Positions 7,753-16,377 are shown, numbered from the stretch's first letter. The stretch: 31,612 bases of DNA from Vampirovibrionaceae bacterium NZW_1234 (GCA_041697335.1 JBGUGD010000027.1:1-31612); one strand, 5' to 3'. Notes: a model not told the origin generated them from the letters alone. Program-made: numbers and translations.

Positions 7753-9162
7753 ATGAAACTTCATGTTCTCGGTGCTGCCCAAGAAGTCACAGGCTCGTGT
7801 TATTTGGTCGAAACAAACCAATCCCGGGTTCTGGTGGAATGTGGTCTGATTCAGGGGAATTATGAAGCCGAACAACGGAATCGGCACCCCTTTTTATTTG
7901 ACGTCCGCCAGATTGATGCGGTCTTCTTAACCCATGCGCATCTGGATCACAGTGGCCGTATCCCACAACTCATAAAAGCAGGTTACCGGGGGCCCATCTA
8001 CACGCATCAGGCAACCATCGATCTGTGCTCGATTCTGCTTCGGGATTCGGGCTTCCTGAATGAAAAAGAAGCCGAGCTGGCCCGTCGGAAGAAGCATGCA
8101 GGCAAAAACAAACATGCCTTAACCGAGCCTTTGTACACGGCCCAAGATGCAGAAATGGCCATGCGCTATTTTAAGGCCCTACCCTATGATCAGCACATGG
8201 CGATTCTTCCCGACATTGAGGTGCGTTATCGGGATGCGGGCCACATCCTGGGATCGGCCAGCATCGAAATGTGGGTATCTGAAGGTAACCGTACTACCAA
8301 AGTGGTTTTTAGCGGCGATCTGGGGCATATTAATGCCCCTATCCTGAAAGATCCGGCTCCCATTGACGACGCCGATCTGGTATTGTTGGAAAGCACCTAC
8401 GGCGACCGAAATCACCGTTCATGGGAAGACACCTGGGCGGAATTGGGTTCCATTTTCCAACAAACCCAACATCATCACGGCAATATTTTGATTCCCGCCT
8501 TTGCCGTCGGGCGGACACAAGAGCTTCTCTACGTTTTCAAACAGAATTTTCAGGACTGGCATCTGAATGAGTGGCAGATTTTCCTGGATAGTCCGATGGC
8601 AATTGAAGCCACAAAGGTTTATGCTCGCTACGCCCATCTCCATGATGACGATTGCAGCCAGGACGCGTTTGATTTGCCGAACCTGACCAACTGCAGCTCT
8701 CCAGAGCAATCGATGATGTTGAACAACATCCGTTCAGGGGCCATTATTATTGCTGGCAGCGGCATGTGCAACGGTGGACGCATTCGTCACCATATTCAAC
8801 ACCATATCAACTACCGGCAAAACCAGATGATTATTGTTGGATTCCAGGCCCAAGGCACCCTGGGGCGTCAGCTGGTGGACGGTACCAAAACCATTCGCCT
8901 TTGGGGAGAAGAGATTGCTGTACAAGCCAAAGTTCATACCATTGGCGGGCTTTCGGCCCATGCCGATCAAGACGGCCTGCTCTCCTGGTGTCGGCATATT
9001 AAGGGCAATCCCACGATTGGCTTGATTCATGGCGAACCGACAGCCATCACCCCCCTGGCAAACCGCTTAAAAGCGGACCTAGGTCTTCGCATCATCGTTC
9101 CCAATCGCAAGGATGTCATTGATTTGGCCACACTGCGGCTTCACTCAACAACACATCACTAA
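7753..9162 (+). CDS. MBL-fold beta-CASP ribonuclease (CPSF73/YSH1-like bacterial family)
   Basis: GAAQEVTGS, THAHLDHSG, AGHILGS, FSGDLG, ESTYG, AGSGM, LSAHAD motifs. Confidence 0.95.
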   Translation: MKLHVLGAAQEVTGSCYLVETNQSRVLVECGLIQGNYEAEQRNRHPFLFDVRQIDAVFLTHAHLDHSGRIPQLIKAGYRGPIYTHQATIDLCSILLRDSGFLNEKEAELARRKKHAGKNKHALTEPLYTAQDAEMAMRYFKALPYDQHMAILPDIEVRYRDAGHILGSASIEMWVSEGNRTTKVVFSGDLGHINAPILKDPAPIDDADLVLLESTYGDRNHRSWEDTWAELGSIFQQTQHHHGNILIPAFAVGRTQELLYVFKQNFQDWHLNEWQIFLDSPMAIEATKVYARYAHLHDDDCSQDAFDLPNLTNCSSPEQSMMLNNIRSGAIIIAGSGMCNGGRIRHHIQHHINYRQNQMIIVGFQAQGTLGRQLVDGTKTIRLWGEEIAVQAKVHTIGGLSAHADQDGLLSWCRHIKGNPTIGLIHGEPTAITPLANRLKADLGLRIIVPNRKDVIDLATLRLHSTTHH

Positions 9163-9167
9163 AACGC

Positions 9168-9602
9168 CTATGTCTGAGTCGGCGGTTGTGTATGAAGCAA
9201 ATCCAACACTTTGCGAATTACCCGAGGAAGGGCTCGAAATTTTTGGGTTGCGGCTTCATCTGCCGTAAACAGTTTGATCCGACCAACCCCTTGGGTGTGC
9301 TTCACGTCATACAGGTCTCGCTCAGGATCGGCCAGGGTGGCTCCCTTAGAGACCAATAATTGCGACACGTAGGCTTTCTGGTCACAATCGTTTAAAAACA
9401 AATTCAAACGCCCATCGTTTCCCATCAAGGGAATCACATGGGTATCGAAAATCGTATCTTGTTCTAAGGTGGCCACCAGTGCCGAGGACCAATCCCTGGG
9501 TTTGCGGCCAAATGGTGGGGAGGTCACAACGTTATCCGCCCTGGTCTCCCGAGAACCCATACGGGAAACAGGACCAAGGCGAGGAGAGGTAATCATCAAC
9601 AT
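9168..9602 (-). CDS. hypothetical protein with an N-terminal xxFG-type leader
   Basis: GGAG upstream of ATG 9602; leader TSPRLG-PVSRMG...TSPPFG; then a ~110-aa globular-looking domain. Confidence 0.75.
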   Translation of the reverse strand: MLMITSPRLGPVSRMGSRETRADNVVTSPPFGRKPRDWSSALVATLEQDTIFDTHVIPLMGNDGRLNLFLNDCDQKAYVSQLLVSKGATLADPERDLYDVKHTQGVGRIKLFTADEAATQKFRALPRVIRKVLDLLHTQPPTQT

Positions 9603-9707
9603 GGGCGATCGCTCCATTGGATACACATGACAAGGTTCATGGAATAACGTAATAGGGTTATGGTTTGCAAAACGGATGGGGATGTCAACACAACGGCCTC
9701 ACAATCA

Positions 9708-10070
9708 CTAGTTCTTGGTAATGAGCTTTAATACCCAGGTCGGTACATGGGGCTCGTTGATAACATAGCAATTGGGATCATCGGGCTCGGCGGCACCGCC
9801 CATTTTTGGAAGAATACGCGCCAACCAGCGCTCCAGGAGTTCCGCAGGGGTGGGGATGAAAAAGTAGGCTTTCGGACGCCCCCGGTAATCCAACCAATCG
9901 GAGGGCAGCATAATGGCCTTATCCAAGGCCCGTTGGACCGAACGGTTTTCTTCACGGTCGGCCGAATCCAGCAATTGGGCTTCCATGGTCGCTGCACGGC
10001 GCTTCAGAAAGCGCAGGGTAAAAAAATCACCCTGGGAACCAAAGCGAACCGAAGGACCCGACACGCGCAT
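9708..10070 (-). CDS. hypothetical protein, N-terminus MRVSGPSVRFG
   Basis: GGAG directly upstream of ATG 10070; co-oriented with its neighbour. Confidence 0.75.
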   Translation of the reverse strand: MRVSGPSVRFGSQGDFFTLRFLKRRAATMEAQLLDSADREENRSVQRALDKAIMLPSDWLDYRGRPKAYFFIPTPAELLERWLARILPKMGGAAEPDDPNCYVINEPHVPTWVLKLITKN

Positions 10071-10220
10071 AAACTCCATCACTCCACATTGATTACGGAT
10101 TACGGTTAGCTATTTGTATTGTCTGGGCTCAAGACACAAAATCCAGTGGGAGTTTTTCGTTGAAATCCAAAGAATACATTTGCTATGGTAAAACCACAGC
10201 ATCGATATTCGGGGGTAATA

Positions 10221-10748
10221 ATGATTCATCTGGGTCATCGAAGCTATATCTTTGGAAATCCACCGTCCAATTTTTTTGAGGTGCCTGTTTACGTGGGAAA
10301 TTATACGGGCATTGGCACCAACTTAACGATTCTTGGCGGCTCCGGACAGCATCCATCGGCCACCCATCCGGAGTGTGTCTCCAATTTCCCGTTTGCCGAA
10401 TTTAAAATGGGCGATTATTACCCCAGTGTTGGCAAAGGTGCGATACATATTGGTCATGATGTCTGGATTGGTGCCCATGTGACCCTGCTGGACGGGATCA
10501 GTATCGGTAATGGTGCCATTATTGGTGCCGGAAGCATCGTTGCGAAATCCATCCCGCCATATGCCATTGCCGTGGGCAACCCGGTTCAGATTAAGAAATT
10601 CCGCTTCGATGAAGCAACCCGTGAAGCCTTACTGGCAATTCAATGGTGGAACTGGTCGGAGTCGGACATCCAGGATGCGCTGCCACGGATGAAAGATATT
10701 CACACGTTCCTGGAGCATTACTCAACCCCACCAATGCCGACGACATAA
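10221..10748 (+). CDS. CatB/Vat-related hexapeptide O-acetyltransferase
   Basis: VSNFPF, KGAIHIGHDVWIG, IGNGAIIGAGSIVAK.IPPYAIAVGNP, LLAIQWWNW. The ORF-track ATG at 10185 overlaps a TG-C-TATGGT -10 element, so 10221 is preferred. Confidence 0.9.
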   Translation: MIHLGHRSYIFGNPPSNFFEVPVYVGNYTGIGTNLTILGGSGQHPSATHPECVSNFPFAEFKMGDYYPSVGKGAIHIGHDVWIGAHVTLLDGISIGNGAIIGAGSIVAKSIPPYAIAVGNPVQIKKFRFDEATREALLAIQWWNWSESDIQDALPRMKDIHTFLEHYSTPPMPTT

Positions 10749-10773
10749 CGCCCTTAAAGCTTCCTTATAGTTA

Positions 10774-11166
10774 TTATGCTTGCAGATCGAGCTTGGGTAG
10801 AATGGCATCCAGGCCACCCGGGTTGGTCCAGGCAGACCGTTCGTTGGTTCCGCCCCCATCACGCTGGATATAGTAGGGCATCCCATATTCATACTGCCCC
10901 GTGGCCTGATACGCGAAATTCACTTTGTTGGCCTGAAGAAAGGAGAATATATCGGCTGCCCGTTGAGGGTTGTTATCATCATTAAATTGCCCGGTATAGT
11001 GGGTTTCTTTGCCGTTGCGAATAATGCCGAATTCACATCCGGGAAGAGACCAGCCTTTATTTAAAAACTCATGTACATTGATCCCACCCGGTACTTCGGA
11101 CGTGGGCTTTGCAGTGAGCCGAATATTGTAAAACCGTCCTTGAAACCGTAACGCATTGGTTTTCAT
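10774..11166 (-). CDS. hypothetical protein, N-terminus MKTNALRFQG
   Basis: GGGGAGAAG RBS before ATG 11166; stop converges on the acetyltransferase gene. Confidence 0.8.
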   Translation of the reverse strand: MKTNALRFQGRFYNIRLTAKPTSEVPGGINVHEFLNKGWSLPGCEFGIIRNGKETHYTGQFNDDNNPQRAADIFSFLQANKVNFAYQATGQYEYGMPYYIQRDGGGTNERSAWTNPGGLDAILPKLDLQA

Positions 11167-11303
11167 GATGTCTTCTCCCCAAACGTAACCAACAGTTTGA
11201 TACTGAATGGCAGCATAAACCAATCGACTACAGAAATCATCCACGTCTCACACTCCAGAGCAAAGCGTTAACTTTAGCCCCGAGTGGCTTGCCGTAATCC
11301 CCA

Positions 11304-11579
11304 TCAGGACTCCGGAAAGTAGTAAATGGTTCCAATCACATGGCCTTCGGCCGTCGTGAGGACAACAAATCCGTGGGCAGATTTAAAAATGGCTTTGACC
11401 ACCTCTCGTTTTCCCCCGGTTTCCCGTAAATCCAAGCCGGCTTTTTCACTGATGGTCAGCATGCCATAGGGACGCTTTATCCGAATGGTTGACAGATTGG
11501 GGTCGGTCACGGACGGATCAGCGGCTCGAACAAAATGAAGGTACATTTCCCGCCATTGAAATGTGGCTTTTTGCGTCAT
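11304..11579 (-). CDS. small hypothetical protein
   Basis: 91-aa ORF with beta-strand-like composition; start may be 11546. Confidence 0.55.
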   Translation of the reverse strand: MTQKATFQWREMYLHFVRAADPSVTDPNLSTIRIKRPYGMLTISEKAGLDLRETGGKREVVKAIFKSAHGFVVLTTAEGHVIGTIYYFPES

Positions 11580-11607
11580 AAAAAAAGGCCCAGATTCCTT
11601 TGGGCCT
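11580..11607 (-). terminator. intrinsic terminator
   Basis: Minus strand AGGCCCA-N8-TGGGCCT followed by a T run; lies 36 nt after the stop of 11643..11822. Confidence 0.75.
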
Positions 11608-11642
11608 ATCCTATCAAATTTATGAGAGAACTCGAAATTGAA

Positions 11643-11822
11643 TTATCCCCGAACAATCAACGGCATTTTCATTAACGTCGACAATTTCCAATCATGGCGA
11701 AGGGCATCCAGATTCAGCGTGGCACTTCCATCTTCATGAACAATAATCTGATTTGGCTTATACCCAAAAGAAAGCAACAAATCCGCATCAGAAAGTGACT
11801 CAAACCCTTTCCCAATCATCAT
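11643..11822 (-). CDS. 59-aa small protein (below the ORF-track cutoff)
   Basis: MMIGKGFESLSDADLLLSFGYKPNQIIVHEDGSATLNLDALRHDWKLSTLMKMPLIVRG*; AAAGGGA RBS, TTGATC-N16-TATAAT (11863-11890) upstream, terminator downstream. Confidence 0.7.
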   Translation of the reverse strand: MMIGKGFESLSDADLLLSFGYKPNQIIVHEDGSATLNLDALRHDWKLSTLMKMPLIVRG

Positions 11823-12087
11823 TTATTCCCTTTCAGAAAAGCATCTTACTTCATCTATTGGTATTATACCGGATTCATCATTCGGATCAATCCGTCCTCA
11901 GCCACAATAGCCCAGGTCGGCTATGTCACCAGGTTAAAAAATTGGCTAGCCAAACCCGCTTGCTGAGGCTCGCATCACTACCGTTTATTACTAAAGTCAC
12001 GCCAATGGACGTGGGCTTGCACTTACCCGTTTTTTCCGCAAAATAAATGAATACTATCCTTAAAGGGTTTTGCGGTATGGGGGGTGT

Positions 12088-13167
12088 ATGCATTCGGTAT
12101 CGTTCATGACACATACGGGGCATCTCAAGGTCCCCCATGCGTTTACCGATGCACCTCAACGACAGACTCGGTTCGGAAATAGCGCTTCATTACCGACACC
12201 GCCGCCTAAAGACTTGCCAAAACAACCACCACCACAAAAGTCTTGGCGAAAGTGGCTTCGCTCTTTGCTGACCGTAGGGATATTGGCTGCAACGTTGATT
12301 GTTCCGGATATGGCTATTTTACAGCGTAATATCCGAAACCTGTTTCGCAGCAAAGCACGTTCCGGGCTGGATCATGAGCAGGCCCACCCCAGTTTGTATA
12401 CATCAGCCAAACTTATCCCGGACCATTTTGAATTGAAGCCCTACCAGGAAAACCAGGGAGACAACAACGGCTGCGGGACAACATCCCTGTCCATCTGCCT
12501 CAATATGATTCGCCCGGGCGAGGATGTCACAAGGGCCTCCATAGACAGCTCCATCCGCCGTGCAGACATTTACGCCACCCCGGATAGCCTTAGCCGGGAG
12601 GCCCGAAGACAAGGCTTCGAGGCAGAAATCTACAATGACAGCAATTTGCTCGAAATTCAGCAGCATCTGCTCCAGGGAAACCCGGTCATTGCGATGGTCA
12701 AAACCGGCACCCGAGGAAAATCCTTCACCGCCCATTATGTAGTTGTTTACGGCTACGGCAAAACCCCGGAGGGACAATGGCAGCTCAAAATCTCCGATCC
12801 TGCCGGCGGACAAATATACTCACAATCCTGGACAGACTTTCAGGAACAATGGCGCGACATTGACATCGGGGGTGTTTCCAGCGGACACCATAATTTAATC
12901 CTCGTCGTTTCCGACAATCCACTTCCCGCAAGCCGATACCATTACAACTTTCTAAACACATGTGCAGATAACCTCGCACGAATCATCAATACAGGCACCT
13001 CTCTGGTAAGCGCCGACGTGAAAAGCCTTTGGAGCAAAGATACCCAAAATGGCAACCTGCTTCGTTTGGGTACAATCCTTGCCTGTGCCATCAGCTTTTT
13101 AAGAACACGAAAACAAAAACCCACAGACGTTTCAGTAAGTCCCACGCCGCAACCGCAAAATCAGTAA
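12088..13167 (+). CDS. C39-like (papain-fold) cysteine peptidase with TRFG leader and TM segments
   Basis: Q...NGCGTTSL (Cys), AHYVVVYGY (His), ISDPAGG (Asp); hydrophobic segments near both ends; GGGGG RBS before ATG 12088. Confidence 0.85.
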   Translation: MHSVSFMTHTGHLKVPHAFTDAPQRQTRFGNSASLPTPPPKDLPKQPPPQKSWRKWLRSLLTVGILAATLIVPDMAILQRNIRNLFRSKARSGLDHEQAHPSLYTSAKLIPDHFELKPYQENQGDNNGCGTTSLSICLNMIRPGEDVTRASIDSSIRRADIYATPDSLSREARRQGFEAEIYNDSNLLEIQQHLLQGNPVIAMVKTGTRGKSFTAHYVVVYGYGKTPEGQWQLKISDPAGGQIYSQSWTDFQEQWRDIDIGGVSSGHHNLILVVSDNPLPASRYHYNFLNTCADNLARIINTGTSLVSADVKSLWSKDTQNGNLLRLGTILACAISFLRTRKQKPTDVSVSPTPQPQNQ

Positions 13168-13169
13168 CG

Positions 13170-14288
13170 TCAACCCACAGGTTGCAGAGGACGTTTGGAC
13201 TCAAGCTCACTTAAAAACGATTCCAAACCTGCCATTAATTGCTCGGGTGCTTTTTCATAGACTTCATGGTGCTCACAGCCCGTTAACGCCAGAAATCCTT
13301 TCGGTAAATGGGAGGGAGCCGCCTGGTGCAAGGCCTTGCTCATCCAAAGCGGTGTTGCGTCATCGTTAACGGCACCGGCAATAAAAACCGGTGACAAGCA
13401 TCGCTGGATGCTTTCAAGAGAGTTAAATTTGGAAATGGCCGCATCCTTGGCCAGGAATCGTCGAAGCCCAGGAGAGAAGCGGTTGATTCGTTGTGCAATG
13501 GCATCATCCATACTGGTGAAAGACGCTGTGATGGCAACCGCTTTAAACGGGATTCGCTGAGCCACGTTGGCCAAAACGCCTCCCCCCAATGAGCTGCCAA
13601 CGGCCAGCTGATTACGGGACTCAACACCATAGCGCCGGGTTAAAAATCGGCTAGCGGCTTCCAGGTCCTGGTACAATCCTTCTTCCGACGGCTTACCATC
13701 ACTGTTGCCATACCCGCGGTAATCAAAAACAAAAATATCAAAGCCGTTTTTCGTGAATAACTCAATAACCGACTCGCAATCGTTGAGATTACAGGCTCGT
13801 CCATGGGCAAACAAGACGACCGGTCTTGGACCTTTCTCCCGGGCTGCTTCCGGATCGGCTTTCACAAACCAGCCGTTCAACCGGGTTCCATCGGCCGAGG
13901 TAAAATATTCATCGGTCAAGCGAGCTTTTATCTCGGATGATACCAACTTGTCTGGCGACGCCCCTTTAATAGGCGTGTACAAGTGTGTCTGCTCCAAGCC
14001 GGCCCGAATCGACTTTATGGGCAGCCAGGACAAAATAATCGAGGCAAACACGACTTTCGCATCATTCAGTGTCTGCCAAATGCTCGTTGTTTTGGCCGGC
14101 GCGGCTAGCACTTTAGGCTCAGGTTGAGCTGCATCGGCCTGCTTTTTTGCGGCAAACAAGACTGATGCTAGGGCTCTGCCTTCAGAGGCCGCTTGAACAG
14201 AAGTAGCGTGAAAAGCTCGATTCGCTGTCTTTCCAGCGATTAGCACCTGTTGACGTGTTGGATTGTCCGTATTCTGAATAACTCTCAA
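13170..14288 (-). CDS. alpha/beta hydrolase (ABHD13/ABHD17/BEM46-like)
   Basis: LFAHG, FDYRGYGNSDGKPSEEGLYQD, GSSLGG nucleophile elbow, D..TP, CEHH; TTG start with AGGGG RBS. Confidence 0.92.
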   Translation of the reverse strand: MRVIQNTDNPTRQQVLIAGKTANRAFHATSVQAASEGRALASVLFAAKKQADAAQPEPKVLAAPAKTTSIWQTLNDAKVVFASIILSWLPIKSIRAGLEQTHLYTPIKGASPDKLVSSEIKARLTDEYFTSADGTRLNGWFVKADPEAAREKGPRPVVLFAHGRACNLNDCESVIELFTKNGFDIFVFDYRGYGNSDGKPSEEGLYQDLEAASRFLTRRYGVESRNQLAVGSSLGGGVLANVAQRIPFKAVAITASFTSMDDAIAQRINRFSPGLRRFLAKDAAISKFNSLESIQRCLSPVFIAGAVNDDATPLWMSKALHQAAPSHLPKGFLALTGCEHHEVYEKAPEQLMAGLESFLSELESKRPLQPVG

Positions 14289-14393
14289 TGGTTTTTACCC
14301 CTACCGGTCAAATCCGTATTTCCCGGACTCGATCTGTTGAACTTCGATTGTACCGCAATAAAACCTGTCAAACGGATATTTTGATAGTGCTTC

Positions 14394-15494
14394 TTACACA
14401 GCCTTGCCTTTTTCAGACGCCAATCGGTCGATAAAGGCATCCAGGTGATCCATCATGATCTCACCGCCCTTGCTGAACACCGTATCGTGATCACATCCGG
14501 GAACCGCCGCAAAAGCCTTTGGAAGGGTTCTCGGTGCGGATCGAAACAAGGTCTTCCCCATTCTGAGAGGTGTCACGTTATCCTTGTCTCCACAAAGGAT
14601 TAACGTAGGTGATTTGCAGTCTGCAATTTTATCCAGGGAGTTAAACTGAGAGCGCACCAGGTTTTCAGACATGATGTAGCGAACCAGCCAGTTCGCCTGG
14701 TCTTTTTGATGCTTCAACGCATCATGAAGCCTGGTGAACGAAGACGTAATGACCACTGCCTTAAAGGGCGTACGGGAGGCAACATCGCTCAATACCCCAC
14801 CCCCCAGGGAATAGCCCATGACAACTTGCTCTCGGGAAGGGACTTTATACTTCCTGGTCAGAAAGCGGCTGGCCGCTTCTAAATCGTGGGACAGGCCCAA
14901 TTCATCCGGCGTGCCTTCACTATTGCCAAAGCCCCGGTAGTCGAAAACAAAGATGTCATAACCCCGTTTTGTCGCGTTTTTCATGATATCTTCATAATCC
15001 TGAATATTGGTAGCTCGCCCATGCGCAAACAAAATAACCGGACGTTTTCCATTTTTGGCCACCGCCTCGGGATCAGCCTTGAGATACCAGCCATGTAACT
15101 TGGTCCCATCCAAAGATCTGAACCATTCGGATTTTAGACGTTTTTTAATGGCATCTGATTTTAATTCTTCTTTAAATACCGGTTTTGGCGGAGCATACAG
15201 GAATTGCCGTTCCATAAACCTTCGCAAAGCTGGGATGGGCAACCAACTAAAGACCATGACGGCCAAAATGATCTTGAGGGTTTGGAGATACTCCCAGAGA
15301 CTTGAAATGGCACGCCGATAAAACGGTGTGGTGTTTTTCCCCGCATCATCGACTTCCTTCCCCTGGAAACGCACTTGGTCCTGGGCACGCGAAGACAGCA
15401 GTGCCGATACTCTGCCTGCCTGCGAATAGGCTTGCATTAATTCCGGCTTCATCGCAGAAGTTGCAGGATGATATAGAGCGGGTGAGACAACCAA
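14394..15494 (-). CDS. alpha/beta hydrolase, tandem paralog, with VRFQG leader
   Basis: LFAHG, FDYRGFGNSEGTP, GYSLGG, GDKDNVTP, CDHD; TTG start with GAGGA RBS. Confidence 0.92.
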   Translation of the reverse strand: MVVSPALYHPATSAMKPELMQAYSQAGRVSALLSSRAQDQVRFQGKEVDDAGKNTTPFYRRAISSLWEYLQTLKIILAVMVFSWLPIPALRRFMERQFLYAPPKPVFKEELKSDAIKKRLKSEWFRSLDGTKLHGWYLKADPEAVAKNGKRPVILFAHGRATNIQDYEDIMKNATKRGYDIFVFDYRGFGNSEGTPDELGLSHDLEAASRFLTRKYKVPSREQVVMGYSLGGGVLSDVASRTPFKAVVITSSFTRLHDALKHQKDQANWLVRYIMSENLVRSQFNSLDKIADCKSPTLILCGDKDNVTPLRMGKTLFRSAPRTLPKAFAAVPGCDHDTVFSKGGEIMMDHLDAFIDRLASEKGKAV

Positions 15495-15575
15495 AATTAG
15501 GATTCCTCAAGTCAGAACGCAATGAAGGTACCGTATTAAAACACAACAAGCTCGGGTTTTGATAGCATCCACTCG

Positions 15576-15602
15576 ATATCGGTTCAACAATAAAACTATT
15601 TG
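15576..15602 (-). promoter_or_regulatory. possible sigma-28-like promoter for the hydrolase pair
   Basis: CAAA-N15-ACCGATAT versus consensus TAAA-N15-GCCGATAA. Confidence 0.4.
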
Positions 15603-16171
15603 CCGTTCTTCTTAATTTGCCCGATAGATGTTGATTGGCTCACGGTTTGAGTACTGCCCGTGGACGTGCTACCAGACCCACTGGAACTTGCGGTACCGGA
15701 AGTGCTGCCGGTGGAAGAACCCGTCGTCGTGGAAGAACCTGTACCGGAAGAGGTACTGGTGGCATTAGACGAAATATCAGCCAAAACGCGGTCAGTGTCC
15801 CTGGAGGAACTATTAGTACGGGTATTTGCAGGGCGACGCAACCCACTGGTCTGATAAGCCTGGTAAAGATGCTGGAATAAACCGGCAAACAGATTAAAAG
15901 TCGGGTCACCCGCCTCTGTGGCCAATTGAGCCTGGATAGCTGGATTTTGGCTTGCAAATAAAGCGGTCAGCGGGGAAGGGGCTGACGGGGCAGGAAAATT
16001 AGAAAACTGAGGTATGAAGCCAGAGGTAAAGGGACCAACTGGGCCATCGTAGCCAAATGCAGCGTAGCTTTGAGCCACAGGGAAGGCATTTGGCTGAGGA
16101 CCAACCCGGCGAACAGCAGGCGGGTTGCCTACCATTGGAGCACCGAATTGATTGGGAACACCATAAAACAT
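15596..16171 (-). CDS. low-complexity disordered hypothetical protein (Pro/Phe/Gly-rich N-terminus, Ser/Thr/Gly-rich tail)
   Basis: Long ORF with biased composition; start uncertain (16171-16201). Confidence 0.75.
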   Translation of the reverse strand: MFYGVPNQFGAPMVGNPPAVRRVGPQPNAFPVAQSYAAFGYDGPVGPFTSGFIPQFSNFPAPSAPSPLTALFASQNPAIQAQLATEAGDPTFNLFAGLFQHLYQAYQTSGLRRPANTRTNSSSRDTDRVLADISSNATSTSSGTGSSTTTGSSTGSTSGTASSSGSGSTSTGSTQTVSQSTSIGQIKKNGK

Positions 16172-16377
16172 GACGTCTTTACCACTGATCATTACACACA
16201 CATCTATACATCAATAAAGTATATCTTTTGTAAATAATTGCCTTCTCGCCATTCTTTTATTACGAAATTGTTACATTTCCCAATTCTCTTCTGAATTTGA
16301 ACATCAATGCAGAACAGACCCAAGCAGCAACCCGCTGGGTCTGTGGTGAATCGATAAAACCAAGTCAATCCAACTTA

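Noticed and set aside
9605..9612. Cyanobacterial HIP1 octamer GCGATCGC
   Set aside because: I noticed only one occurrence, which is no evidence of enrichment.
10221..10748. Chloramphenicol/streptogramin resistance gene
   Set aside because: The family motifs do not define the substrate, and there is no mobile context.
11580..11640. Riboswitch or attenuator upstream of 11304..11579
   Set aside because: The hairpin is more simply explained as the terminator of the 59-aa gene; no recognisable aptamer.
14348..14371. TTGACA...TACAAT sigma-70 promoter on the minus strand
   Set aside because: The spacer is only 13 nt.
16258..16276. GTAAC...GTAAT direct-repeat box similar to one near 21109-21125
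   Set aside because: The spacing differs between the two sites and both lie in AT-rich DNA; too weak.
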